This document shows, piece after piece, positions 8,798-18,638 of a DNA stretch of 64,000 bases. This stretch comes from an uncultured Clostridia bacterium. GTDB lineage: Bacteria > Bacillota > Dehalobacteriia > UBA4068 > CALXSR01. The stretch covers positions 28,547 through 92,546 of the forward strand of contig CALXSR010000010.1 in NCBI GenBank assembly GCA_944391215.1, in the 5' to 3' direction. The position numbers were made by a program, and so were the translations under genes. Numbering within the stretch: the first letter of the stretch is position 1; each line of letters starts with the position of its first letter. The notes beneath the pieces were generated by a model that searched no databases, had not been told where the DNA came from, and was given only the letters and a program-made list of their open reading frames with translations.

Positions 8798-9046
8798 TTA
8801 TTTTACGCCGGCTTTTTTGAATAATACTTTCACGGTTTCGGAAACTTCCGCACCTTCCGCCATCCATTTATTGGCTTTTTCTGCATCCACTTTAATTTCA
8901 GCAGGTTCGGTCAAAGGATTATAATAGCCGATTTGTTCAATAAAACGGCCATCTCTAGGAGAACGGGAATCCGCTACTACGATACGATAGAAAGGCGCTT
9001 TTTTAGCTCCCATTCTTTTTAATCTAATTTTTGTTGCCAAGGTCAT
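8798..9046 (-). CDS. rpsP: 30S ribosomal protein S16
   Basis: [44 protein letters not shown] is canonical S16. Confidence 0.9.
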   Translation of the reverse strand: MTLATKIRLKRMGAKKAPFYRIVVADSRSPRDGRFIEQIGYYNPLTEPAEIKVDAEKANKWMAEGAEVSETVKVLFKKAGVK

Positions 9047-9074
9047 TCACCTCCTTATAGAAATATCATAAAAC

Positions 9075-10427
9075 CTAAAACGGTAATTTAAACATGCCCT
9101 TTTTCTTGCCTTTTTTCCCCATGGCCGCCGCTTGATTGCTCGCCATTTTCATCATCTTTTGGGTTTCAGCAAACTTCTTCAATAACCGATTTACATCCTG
9201 CACTTGGGTCCCGCTCCCTTGCGCGATTCTTCTTTTCCGGGAGGCATTGATCATATCCGGCTTAATTCTTTCCTCCTTGGTCATAGACTGAATAATCGCT
9301 TCCATACGGGAAAATTCCTTTTCATCCACTTGAATATTTTTTAGCTGTTTACCAATATTGCCCGGCATCATACTAATGATATCTTGAATATCGCCCATTT
9401 TCTTCATTTGTTCCAGTTGATCTAAAAAATCCTCAAAGGTAAAGCTGGCATTACGTATTTTGGCTTCCATTTCTAAAGCTTTTTTTTCATCAACCGCAAT
9501 TTGGGCCTTTTCAATTAAGGTTAAAACATCTCCCATGCCCAAAATACGGGAAGAAAGCCGATCGGGGTAAAAAGGCTCAATGGCGTCTAGTTTTTCCCCC
9601 TGCCCGACAAACTTAATGGGTTGCCCGGTCACCGCTTTTACAGAAAGAGCTGCCCCACCTCTGGTATCCCCATCTAATTTGGTTAATACTAAACCGGTAA
9701 TGCCCAAATCGGCATGAAACGCTTCCGCTACATTTACCGCATCCTGCCCCGCCATGGCATCCACTACCAGCAAAATTTCACTTGGATTTACTTCAGCCTT
9801 AATATTTTTTAGTTCCGCCATCAATTCTTCATTGACATGTAAACGCCCGGCAGTATCAATAAAAACAAAATCATTGCCATGCGTCCTGGCATGCGCCAAA
9901 GATTCTTTGGCAATACGCACTGGATCATTGCAACCATCCAAGCTAAAAACCGGGATTTCTGCATTTTCTCCTAAAACTTGCAATTGTTTAATGGCCGCAG
10001 GACGATAAATATCCGCCGCTACCAAAAGGGGTCTTCGGCCCTGCTTTTTCATTAAATTGGCTATTTTAGCGCTGCTTGTTGTTTTCCCAGAACCTTGCAA
10101 ACCAACCATCATTACCACGGTAGGCGGATGCGAAGATATATTTATTTTTGCCTGTTCCGGCCCCATTAAGGCAGTTAATTCTTCATGAACAATTTTAATA
10201 ACTTGTTGTCCGGGACTTAAACTTTCTAAAACATCGGCTCCCAAAGCTTTTTCTTTAATACGAGCCACAAAATCTTTTACTACTTTATAACTAACATCGG
10301 CTTCTAATAAGGCCAAACGAATTTCCCGCATGGCTTCGTTAATATCTGCTTCGCTCAAGCGCCCTTTGCCGGTTAGCTTTTTGAATGTTGCTTGTAATTT
10401 ATCCGCTAAATTTGCAAAAACTGCCAT
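9075..10427 (-). CDS. ffh: Signal recognition particle protein Ffh
   Basis: 450 aa with an SRP54 N domain, a GTPase domain (GLQGSGKTT, DTAGR, TKLDGD) and a Met-rich M domain. Confidence 0.95.
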   Translation of the reverse strand: MAVFANLADKLQATFKKLTGKGRLSEADINEAMREIRLALLEADVSYKVVKDFVARIKEKALGADVLESLSPGQQVIKIVHEELTALMGPEQAKINISSHPPTVVMMVGLQGSGKTTSSAKIANLMKKQGRRPLLVAADIYRPAAIKQLQVLGENAEIPVFSLDGCNDPVRIAKESLAHARTHGNDFVFIDTAGRLHVNEELMAELKNIKAEVNPSEILLVVDAMAGQDAVNVAEAFHADLGITGLVLTKLDGDTRGGAALSVKAVTGQPIKFVGQGEKLDAIEPFYPDRLSSRILGMGDVLTLIEKAQIAVDEKKALEMEAKIRNASFTFEDFLDQLEQMKKMGDIQDIISMMPGNIGKQLKNIQVDEKEFSRMEAIIQSMTKEERIKPDMINASRKRRIAQGSGTQVQDVNRLLKKFAETQKMMKMASNQAAAMGKKGKKKGMFKLPF

Positions 10428-10437
10428 TCTATCAGCC

Positions 10438-10794
10438 TCATTCTTCCACTATTTGCTCCAAAAGCCGCAACGCTTCTGGCAATTTCTCCATACTTTCTGC
10501 TTGCATTGCCTGTTCAATACAATGTTCTGCTTCCTTCACCAGTCTTTTTACCTGTAAAAACCGTTTTGCTAATCCTAATTTTTCTTCATAACCGTATAAT
10601 AATTTTTCGCTTTTTTTAATCGCATCATGCGCTGCCTGTCTGGTTATATGCAAAGAAGAAGCAATTTCCCCTAAAGAATAATCTTCCTCCAAAAAAAGAC
10701 TCATTGTTTCTCTTTGCCGGGCAGTAAGCAATTCCCCGTAAAAATCAAATAATAAAGTCAATTCTCCAATTTTTTCTACCAAACGGTTTTCCAT
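10438..10794 (-). CDS. ylxM: YlxM/UPF0122 putative helix-turn-helix protein preceding ffh
   Basis: Start re-called to ATG 10794 with an AGGAGA RBS. The sigma-70 region-4-like motif LTARQRE...SLGEIASSLHITRQAAHDAIK is typical of the YlxM family. Confidence 0.75.
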   Translation of the reverse strand: MENRLVEKIGELTLLFDFYGELLTARQRETMSLFLEEDYSLGEIASSLHITRQAAHDAIKKSEKLLYGYEEKLGLAKRFLQVKRLVKEAEHCIEQAMQAESMEKLPEALRLLEQIVEE

Positions 10795-10821
10795 TTTTCT
10801 TCTCCTATCAAGTAAAAAAAC

Positions 10822-10866
10822 TTGACAGAGCCTATTATAATAAAAACAACAGGCTCTGTCAAGCAA
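10822..10866 (-). promoter_or_regulatory. Consensus sigma-A promoter embedded in a perfect 12-bp inverted repeat (candidate operator, possibly also the mtaD terminator)
   Basis: Minus strand: TTGACA, 17 nt, TATAAT. The inverted repeat TTGACAGAGCCT, 17 nt, AGGCTCTGTCAA has one arm on the -35 box and one across the +1 region. On the minus strand the stem is followed by GTTTTTTTA. Confidence 0.6.
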
Positions 10867-10892
10867 AATAACTTGATATTACTTCTTATATT

Positions 10893-12188
10893 TTATGCCA
10901 ATATCCTAGGAAAACGGTTGTAACATTCAAAACGAATACGCTCTGTGTCCAATGTTTTCATTTCTCTTTTTTCCATAATGATTTTACCATTGATAATCAC
11001 GCTTTGCACATCGGATCCTTGCGCTGAATACACCAAATGAGATATCAAATCATAAGGCGGTAAAAAGTGCGGCTGCTTACAATCCAGCAAAATAAAATCA
11101 GCCAAATTACCTTTTTGTAAAACACCTGCCTGTGGAAAACCAAGATAAGAAAAAGCATCTCTGGTCGCCATCGTCAAAGCTTGTTCTGCAGGTATGGCCA
11201 AAGGATTATACAGCCGTCCTTTCGCCAACAAACTACCCTGACGCATTTCCAAAAATAAGTTTAAATCATTATTGCTACAAGCGCCATCCGTACCAAAACC
11301 CAGGCCCACATTTTTTTGTAACAGCTCATAGCTTTTAGCCATGCCGTTGCCCAATTTTAAATTACTGCGCGGACAATGCGCTATTTTCACTCCGTATTGG
11401 GCTAAAATATTCTCATCTTCTTCTGTTAGCCATACAGCATGCGCTGCTATCGTCGGATTATCAAAACAACCTAATTCTGCTAAATAGGCGGTTGGGGTAG
11501 TTCCGTGTTTTTTCCTGCAATCATCAAATTCCTGCTTAGTCTCAGCTAAATGAATATGCAGCATGGTTTGATATTTTTGAGCAATTTCACTGATCTTTCG
11601 TAATAGCATTTCACTGCATGTATAAATCGCATGCGGGGCAAAGGCTACCTGAATACGGCCATGATCCGCTCCATGCCAATTTTGATACAAAGCAATATTT
11701 TCAGCCAATCTCTCATTCCCATCTTGCCAATCACCTACAATCCCACGGCTTAAAACAGCCCGCAGTCCGGACTGATCCACCGCCTGCGCAATTTCATCTA
11801 CAAAAAAATACATATCATTACAGCAGGTGGTTCCGCTTTCTATCATTTCCCATAAAGCCAACTGGGTAGCCCAAAGAATATCTTCCGCCTGCCATCTATC
11901 TTCAGCCGGATACACTCTTGTTTCCAACCACTTTTGCAATGGCAAATCATCCCCGTAACTGCGCAAATAACTCATGGGCAAATGGGTATGCATATTCACC
12001 AAACCAGGCATAACCAAATAATCTTGGCCTTCTATAACCTTCCGCGCTTCGCAATTTATATTTGGTTCAATAGCGGCAATTCTTTGTCCTTCTACTGCAA
12101 TATCAGCAATAAAAGGTTTACGCAAACTTCCATCAGGCGTGGTTTCCATAGAAAGTATGGTAGCTTGCCGAACTAAAATATCATACAT
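10893..12188 (-). CDS. mtaD: 5-methylthioadenosine/S-adenosylhomocysteine deaminase (amidohydrolase superfamily)
   Basis: 431 aa with the HTHLPMS metal-binding motif. Family assignment from typical MtaD/TRZ-ATZ amidohydrolase features. Confidence 0.8.
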   Translation of the reverse strand: MYDILVRQATILSMETTPDGSLRKPFIADIAVEGQRIAAIEPNINCEARKVIEGQDYLVMPGLVNMHTHLPMSYLRSYGDDLPLQKWLETRVYPAEDRWQAEDILWATQLALWEMIESGTTCCNDMYFFVDEIAQAVDQSGLRAVLSRGIVGDWQDGNERLAENIALYQNWHGADHGRIQVAFAPHAIYTCSEMLLRKISEIAQKYQTMLHIHLAETKQEFDDCRKKHGTTPTAYLAELGCFDNPTIAAHAVWLTEEDENILAQYGVKIAHCPRSNLKLGNGMAKSYELLQKNVGLGFGTDGACSNNDLNLFLEMRQGSLLAKGRLYNPLAIPAEQALTMATRDAFSYLGFPQAGVLQKGNLADFILLDCKQPHFLPPYDLISHLVYSAQGSDVQSVIINGKIIMEKREMKTLDTERIRFECYNRFPRILA

Positions 12189-12195
12189 ACTTTTC

Positions 12196-12963
12196 CTACC
12201 TTCCGCAACAAGGGCTATGTTGTATCATTTGCATATCCGGGATAGCCCGGGCGATTATTTTCAATACTTTTTCTTTATTGGCTGCAAAAATAGATTCTAC
12301 TTCCTGATGCGCCAAATGATCTAACAATCCAGCTCCATAATTGGTAATTAAGGATATATTCGCAAAGCAAATACCCAATTCTCTTAACAAAACCGCCTCC
12401 GTAGCGGCAGTCATGCCCACCACATCGCCCCCCAAGCGATCAAACATTTGAATTTCCGCTGCCGTTTCAAAACGCGGGCCCTCGGTACAGACATAAGTCC
12501 CATAAGGCACCACCAAAATCCCTTCTTTGGCAGCCGCTTGCAATAAACAAGTACGCAATTCTTCACAAAAAGGGAAACTAATATCCGTATGCACCACCCG
12601 GCCATCGTCCCCGTCAAAAAAGGTAAAAGGGCGTGCTTTGGTAAAATCCAAAAACTGATCGCATAGTACAATCGTACCGGGATGTTGATTGCGCCGCAAG
12701 CCGCCTACTGCATTCACTCCTATCGCTTTGTCTACCCCTAACTGTTGCAGGGCCATCATATTTGCTCGATAGGGAATCGCATGCGGCGGAATATGGTGAT
12801 CTTTCCCATGACGCATCAAAAGAATAATCTCCGTACCATCCGGCATAGAAACAGGCACATAATTTACTTCCCCATATGCAGTTTCAATCGTCATTTCTTC
12901 ATCGGTTTGGAATATTTCGCTACCGTCAAAACCTGTCCCGGCAATCAAGGCAATTTTACCCAT
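12196..12963 (-). CDS. mtnP: S-methyl-5'-thioadenosine phosphorylase (PNP/MTAP family)
   Basis: MGKIALIAGTGFD N-terminus, PNP/MTAP-type fold motifs. Adjacent to mtaD. Confidence 0.7.
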   Translation of the reverse strand: MGKIALIAGTGFDGSEIFQTDEEMTIETAYGEVNYVPVSMPDGTEIILLMRHGKDHHIPPHAIPYRANMMALQQLGVDKAIGVNAVGGLRRNQHPGTIVLCDQFLDFTKARPFTFFDGDDGRVVHTDISFPFCEELRTCLLQAAAKEGILVVPYGTYVCTEGPRFETAAEIQMFDRLGGDVVGMTAATEAVLLRELGICFANISLITNYGAGLLDHLAHQEVESIFAANKEKVLKIIARAIPDMQMIQHSPCCGR

Positions 12964-12977
12964 AAACCCATCCCCTT

Positions 12978-13892
12978 TTAATTAAAAAGCGCCTGCACAA
13001 AATCAGCAGAAGAAAAAGGTTGCAAATCCTCGCTTGCCTCGCCAACCCCAATCCATTTCACAGGGATTTGCAATTCATTTTTAATCCCAATTATCACACC
13101 GCCTTTGGCAGTACCATCCAACTTGGTTAAAATCAAACCATTTAAAGGAACCACTTCTTTAAAAAGTTGCGCCTGGGAAATTGCATTTTGCCCAGTACCA
13201 GCATCTAAAACCAAAAGAAAATCTTTTTTTGCTTCTGGCAACTCCCTTCCTACAATACGGCCTATTTTACCCAACTCGTTCATTAAATTGGTTTTATTTT
13301 GCAGTCGTCCAGCGGTATCAATCAATAAAAGATCAATACCCCGGGCCTGCGCTGCTTTACAAGCGTCAAAAACAACCGCCCCCGGATCAGCTCCTTCTTG
13401 GTGTCTAATAATCGGAACTTTTGCTCTTTCCGCCCATACCGCCAATTGATCGATTGCTGCCGCCCGAAATGTATCCGCTGCCGCCAACATCACCTTTAAG
13501 CCTTCTTTTTGAAAACGATCAGCCATTTTACCAATGGTAGTCGTTTTACCGGCCCCATTCACACCAGTTACCATATAAACTTGTAATATGCCTTTTTGCG
13601 GCATAAAACCGTTTTCTTCCCCAGCGCTTAGTATCGCAATAATTTCTTGTTTCAGTAATTCTTTTAATTCTGCCGCTTCTTTTACCTTTTTTTCTTTTGC
13701 CAAAGAACGTAATTTTTCCACCAATTCTAAAGAAGTTTTTACCCCTACATCAGCCTGAATCAAACCTTCTTCTAATTCTTCAAATAGTTCTTCATCAATA
13801 CGGCGACCTAAAGTAAAAACCCCCATCACCTTATCGCCTAAATTTTGTCTAGTTTTACTCACTCCATTTTTCAAATTCTGAAAGAAACCCAT
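12978..13892 (-). CDS. ftsY: Signal recognition particle receptor FtsY
   Basis: 304 aa with an SRP GTPase domain (GVNGAGKTTT, DTAGR, TKLDG). Confidence 0.9.
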   Translation of the reverse strand: MGFFQNLKNGVSKTRQNLGDKVMGVFTLGRRIDEELFEELEEGLIQADVGVKTSLELVEKLRSLAKEKKVKEAAELKELLKQEIIAILSAGEENGFMPQKGILQVYMVTGVNGAGKTTTIGKMADRFQKEGLKVMLAAADTFRAAAIDQLAVWAERAKVPIIRHQEGADPGAVVFDACKAAQARGIDLLLIDTAGRLQNKTNLMNELGKIGRIVGRELPEAKKDFLLVLDAGTGQNAISQAQLFKEVVPLNGLILTKLDGTAKGGVIIGIKNELQIPVKWIGVGEASEDLQPFSSADFVQALFN

Positions 13893-13903
13893 TTTTCTCC
13901 CCC

Positions 13904-16900
13904 TTATCCTGCCTGTTGCTCTTCGCTTAATTTTACAGATACTACTTTAGATATGCCTTCTTCTTCCATGGTAATACCCCATAAAGCATTGGCAATCGCC
14001 ATGGTGCCTTGCCGATGCGATATCAATAAAAACTGGGTTTTATCAGCAAAACGAGACAAATAATTTGCAAAACGTTCCACATTTGCTTCATCTAAAGCGG
14101 CATCTACTTCATCCAATAAACAAAACGGACTCGGTTTAATTTTCAAAATTGCAAACAATAAAGCAATCCCTACCATTGTTTTTTCGCCGCCGGACAATAA
14201 ATTATAATTTGCCACTTTTTTACCCGGCGGTTGCACGGAAATTTCCACCCCGGTTTCCAAAATATGATCTGGATCGGTTAATAACAAAGAGGCCTGCCCG
14301 CCGCCAAATAATTGCTGAAAAGTAAAATGAAACTCATCGCTCAAAGCACGAAATGTTTCTTGAAAGCGTTTTCCCATAATGGCATCCATATCTTGAATCA
14401 CTTGATATAAAGTGGTTTTTGCTTCCTGCAAATCGGCATTCTGCTTTTGTAAAAAATCATACCGTTCTTGCACCTGTTCATACTCGGTGATAGCAGCCAA
14501 ATTAACAGCGCCTAACGTTTCTATTTTATTTTTTAACCCACTAATCCGTGCTGCCATTTCCTTTTTGCTTAAATCCGGCAAATTTTCATCTTTGTATGAT
14601 ACCGCTTCTTCATAATTTAAAGCATATTTTTCATACAAATTGGTTGTTTCATTTTGCAAATCAGCTTCTAAGCGCGTCTTTTTAATATTTTTTTGATAAT
14701 TCATTTCTTTCAGCTGTGTTATTTGCTGAAATTCCTCTTTTAGCCATTTTTCCTTTTGCGCTAATTCTTCATTTTCTACTAGCAAACCATGCTTCTGTTG
14801 CTGAAAAAATTCCTCCCGTTCTGCAATTTCTTTTTGTAACAGCAAAAGTTGTTCCTGGCATTCTTTCTGTTCTTTTTCCTCTTTTTCAATTTCTGCTTCG
14901 GCTATCGCCAAATCCCACTGTTTTTCTTCTAAGCTATTTGCTATTATTTCTTCTTCCGCGGTTTGTTTTTCAATAAACAGATGAATACCAGCCAGCTCCT
15001 GCTGCATGCGGGTTAATTCCATTTTTCTTTGTAAAAATGCTTCTTGCTCGTCTTCCTTCCGCTTTTTCAAATAATGCAATTTTTCCTGTAAGGTACTTAT
15101 TTCTGTAGCCAAAGCTTCATTTTGCTTTGCTAAATCATCATAAGTATTGTGTAATGCGGTTTCTTGCCCGCTGTTTTCCATTAAAACTGTTTTGATTTCT
15201 GCCCATTCTATTTGCACCTGTTGCAATTGCTTTTTACAAGTAGCCTCTGCTTCTTTATTTTGCTCTAAATCCTTTTGCAAAGCTAATTTATCCATCTCTA
15301 ACACTTGCAATTCTTGACGAATTTGTTGTTCTTTCGCTTCCGTTACTTGAAAATCAGCACGTGCTTTTTGTAATATTTGTAATAATTGCTGCGCTCTTCG
15401 TTGCGCCTCTTGCAATTCCTGCTGTTTTTGCAATAAGTTTTGCTTTCGACTCAATAAATTGCCGCTGGCAGTTTCTCGGCTACCGCCGGTAAAGGAACCA
15501 CCTGCATTGACCATATCTCCAGCCAAAGTTACAATGCGGAATCGGTAGCCAACCTTTTGTGCTACCGCCTGCGCTTTATGTAAATCCTCAGCAATTAGAA
15601 TATTTCCTAATAAAAAAACAACCGCCTTTTCAATCTCCGCCGGATACCGAACCAAATCGGAAGCGCGCCCCAAAATACCGTCTTCCTGTAGTCCTTTTTG
15701 TAAAGCAGCATTGTTTTGCGGCTGCACAGTATCTAAAGGTAAAAAGGTAGCACGCCCCAAACGGTTTTGCTTTAAATAGGCAATAATCTCTTTTACAGTA
15801 CTTGCATTCGCCGCCACAATATTTTGCATACCGCTACCTAAAGCGGTTTCAATCGCCATCGTGTAAGCCGTATCCATATCCAATAATTCAGCCATAACGC
15901 CATAAACATTTCGGCAAATAGCATTTCCATTTTGTTTGGCCTTTAAAACTGCTTTTACCCCTGGATAAAAACCCTCGTAATTTTTGTTCAGTTCTTGCAA
16001 CATTTGCAGTTTTGATTCCAAACTATGGACAAAAAAGCGAGCTTTGGTTTCTTCTTCGCCAATTTTTTGCACTTCTGCATTCTGCTGCTGTAATAAATCA
16101 GCCATATGCTGCAGTTTTTGCAAATTTTCCTCTTTCTGCGTTTTTTTCGCATCCCATTCGGCCTCCAGGAACGCGGTCTTTGCCGCTATTTCTTTGCCTA
16201 AATGGATTAAATTTTGCTGTTGTTCCTGCAATTTTTTTTCTATCTGCTCGTAACGCTGCCCGCTTTGCAATGCATTTTGCCACATGTTTTTTGCTTCCGT
16301 TGCCTGCTGCGCTAAATCAAAAGCTTTTTCCTTCGCCTCATTTAGTTTTATTTCCGCCTCTTCAACAGACAGGGAATCGCCTTCTTTCTGGCCCTCTTCC
16401 GTCAATAGAGCCGCTTTCTGCCAGCCAATTTCTGCCTCTAAATTTTGCGCGTCAGTTAAATGTAAATTTCTTTCCTTTTCGCTCTGCTCTTTTTTTTCTT
16501 GTAAAGAAAAAATTTCTTGTTCTATTTTTTCCTTATTTTCCAGTAAGTGATTTTTCTTAGCCATCATCAGCTGCAGATTGCTTTCTGTTTTTTCTTTTTC
16601 ACTCTGAAAACGATATAATTCCGCTTGCATTTTGCTAATTTCTTCCCCAAAAGAAGCAAGCGTTAATTTTCTTTCTTCTAAAGCAGCCTCTTCTTTTTGA
16701 TAGACAATCTCTCTGGTTAATAAATTCTTTTCTTCTTCTTCCAATCCCAAAGTTAATTCTCGCAATTTATTTTGCAAATCGCCTAAAACGCGTACTGCCC
16801 AATTAATTTCTAAACTTTTTACCTCTCCCTGATAAGAGGTATATTGCTGAGCGGCAGCGGATTGTTCTGCTAAAACAGGTAAACGATCAGCAATTTCCCC

Positions 16901-17485
16901 CATAATATCGGCTAAACGTTGTAAATTTACTTCCGTATCATTCAATTTTCTAACAGCTTCTTTTTTGCGATTCCGATATTTTACAATCCCCGCAGCTTCT
17001 TCTATTAACTGTCTTCTTTCTTCCGGTTTGGCATTTACTACTTGGTTTACTTGTCCCTGCCCGATCAGGGAAAAGCCATGCGCGCTAATTCCAGAGTCCA
17101 CAAAAAGCTGATAAATATCCTTTAACCGACAAGGTTGATTATTGATTAAATATTCGCTTTCCCCGGAGCGGTAAGCCCGACGGGTAACAGCAATTTCCGT
17201 ATATTCTAAAGGCAAATAGGCATCTGCATTATCCAATACAATCGTAACTTCAGCCATGCCCAAAGGCTTCCTTTTTTTACTACCAGCAAAAATAATATCT
17301 TCCATTTTGCCACCCCGTAGGGATTTCACACTCTGTTCCCCTAAAACCCAACGGACAGCATCTACCACATTGGATTTCCCCGACCCATTGGGTCCCACGA
17401 TACAGGAAATACCCGGTTCCAAAGAAATTTTGGTCCGGTCAATAAAAGATTTAAAGCCTTGCAATTCCAATCTTTTTAGATACAT
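13904..17485 (-). CDS. smc: Chromosome partition protein SMC
   Basis: Walker A GPNGSGKSN near the N-terminus, long coiled coils, a hinge, a C-terminal LSGGEKT signature and Walker B LLDEVDAALD. Start re-called to ATG 17485 (MYLKRLELQGFKSF) with a GGAGGAG RBS. Confidence 0.9.
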   Translation of the reverse strand: MYLKRLELQGFKSFIDRTKISLEPGISCIVGPNGSGKSNVVDAVRWVLGEQSVKSLRGGKMEDIIFAGSKKRKPLGMAEVTIVLDNADAYLPLEYTEIAVTRRAYRSGESEYLINNQPCRLKDIYQLFVDSGISAHGFSLIGQGQVNQVVNAKPEERRQLIEEAAGIVKYRNRKKEAVRKLNDTEVNLQRLADIMGEIADRLPVLAEQSAAAQQYTSYQGEVKSLEINWAVRVLGDLQNKLRELTLGLEEEEKNLLTREIVYQKEEAALEERKLTLASFGEEISKMQAELYRFQSEKEKTESNLQLMMAKKNHLLENKEKIEQEIFSLQEKKEQSEKERNLHLTDAQNLEAEIGWQKAALLTEEGQKEGDSLSVEEAEIKLNEAKEKAFDLAQQATEAKNMWQNALQSGQRYEQIEKKLQEQQQNLIHLGKEIAAKTAFLEAEWDAKKTQKEENLQKLQHMADLLQQQNAEVQKIGEEETKARFFVHSLESKLQMLQELNKNYEGFYPGVKAVLKAKQNGNAICRNVYGVMAELLDMDTAYTMAIETALGSGMQNIVAANASTVKEIIAYLKQNRLGRATFLPLDTVQPQNNAALQKGLQEDGILGRASDLVRYPAEIEKAVVFLLGNILIAEDLHKAQAVAQKVGYRFRIVTLAGDMVNAGGSFTGGSRETASGNLLSRKQNLLQKQQELQEAQRRAQQLLQILQKARADFQVTEAKEQQIRQELQVLEMDKLALQKDLEQNKEAEATCKKQLQQVQIEWAEIKTVLMENSGQETALHNTYDDLAKQNEALATEISTLQEKLHYLKKRKEDEQEAFLQRKMELTRMQQELAGIHLFIEKQTAEEEIIANSLEEKQWDLAIAEAEIEKEEKEQKECQEQLLLLQKEIAEREEFFQQQKHGLLVENEELAQKEKWLKEEFQQITQLKEMNYQKNIKKTRLEADLQNETTNLYEKYALNYEEAVSYKDENLPDLSKKEMAARISGLKNKIETLGAVNLAAITEYEQVQERYDFLQKQNADLQEAKTTLYQVIQDMDAIMGKRFQETFRALSDEFHFTFQQLFGGGQASLLLTDPDHILETGVEISVQPPGKKVANYNLLSGGEKTMVGIALLFAILKIKPSPFCLLDEVDAALDEANVERFANYLSRFADKTQFLLISHRQGTMAIANALWGITMEEEGISKVVSVKLSEEQQAG

Positions 17486-17558
17486 AGCTCCTCCAGCCAT
17501 CTGTTTTCCTAACTTATTATAAAGCAAAAAACCGGCAAATACAAACCAAAAGCTAGCC

Positions 17559-18638
17559 TTATAGAAACCCGGCTAGCTCATTTTGCGCATAGATTTGATA
17601 AAAGCAATCTCTTTTTAAAAGATAGGTATCCCCTTCCACTTGCAAAGCCAAATCCTCTCTTGCTAAACTTGAGTCTGCCTGTACGGATAAAGGAGGATAT
17701 TGTTTTCGAAGCAGTTGTAAATTGCCTTTTTTTTGTCCAATTACAGTAGAAATTTCTTGCGGATTAACCCGTAATTGTCCAACCGTTTTTTCCGGCTGCC
17801 GCCAATATTTCGCACATAATAATCGCGCCTGTTGTAAATAAAGAGCGCTTTGCACCAGCTGCCCGAAAGACTCATGATAAGGCCCAGCTAACACACTTTG
17901 CCTTAATTCTGCAGTGGGTTGTAAACCAAAGCGGATCACCGGCACATGCGCCAGGCCAAATAAAACAGCCATATCCTGACAAATTGTTACCGCTTCCGTT
18001 AAAGAAAGCGCTTGATACGCCCCTGTTCGCCATAAATCAGCCAAGGGCGTAGCATCCACCACCAAGGCAGGGTAAATACGAACAAAATCCGGCTGCAAAG
18101 AAATGGCCTTTTGTACGCCTTGCAAACAAAATTGCCTGTTATCGCCGGGCAATCCGGGTAATAGCTGCAATCCAACCGCAATGCCATAATCATGCAGTTG
18201 CGCCACAGCTTTTTCTACGCAATCGGCATTATGTCCTCTGCCGGATAATTGTAAAACAGAGTCGGTAAAAGATTGTACGCCAAGCTCCACCGTATCCACA
18301 CCATAAGCAAGTAAATTTTGTATCACCTTGTCATCAATCGCATCCGGACGGGTAGAAAGCCGAATCCCGCTGATCTGTCCTTGTTGTAAGGCGCTCCATG
18401 CTGGTTGCAAATAATAAATTTGTTTTTCTATTGGGATTGCCGTAAAACTACCGCCATAAAAAGCAATTTCCGGCTGATAGCCGGAAATATTTTGTATCGT
18501 TTTAGTAATTTCTTCTGCAGTCGGCGCCTGTTCCTGCCCGCTAATTTTCTTTTGATTACAAAAAACGCATTGATGTGGGCAACCCTCATGCGGAATAAAA
18601 AAAGGTAAAATATGACGGTTAAGAAAGCGATTCTGCAT
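17559..18638 (-). CDS. Radical SAM protein (ELP3/HemN-like family) conserved between rnc and smc in Clostridia-like genomes
   Basis: CPHQCVFCNQ radical-SAM cysteine motif near the N-terminus, 359 aa. Overlaps the rnc end by 20 nt. Confidence 0.7.
   Translation of the reverse strand: MQNRFLNRHILPFFIPHEGCPHQCVFCNQKKISGQEQAPTAEEITKTIQNISGYQPEIAFYGGSFTAIPIEKQIYYLQPAWSALQQGQISGIRLSTRPDAIDDKVIQNLLAYGVDTVELGVQSFTDSVLQLSGRGHNADCVEKAVAQLHDYGIAVGLQLLPGLPGDNRQFCLQGVQKAISLQPDFVRIYPALVVDATPLADLWRTGAYQALSLTEAVTICQDMAVLFGLAHVPVIRFGLQPTAELRQSVLAGPYHESFGQLVQSALYLQQARLLCAKYWRQPEKTVGQLRVNPQEISTVIGQKKGNLQLLRKQYPPLSVQADSSLAREDLALQVEGDTYLLKRDCFYQIYAQNELAGFL

Noticed and set aside
16012-16560. 182-aa and several other plus-strand ORFs inside smc (14412..16560)
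   Set aside because: Antisense to the smc coiled-coil region. Low-complexity, Phe/Ser-rich translations typical of antisense AT-rich coiled-coil coding sequence.
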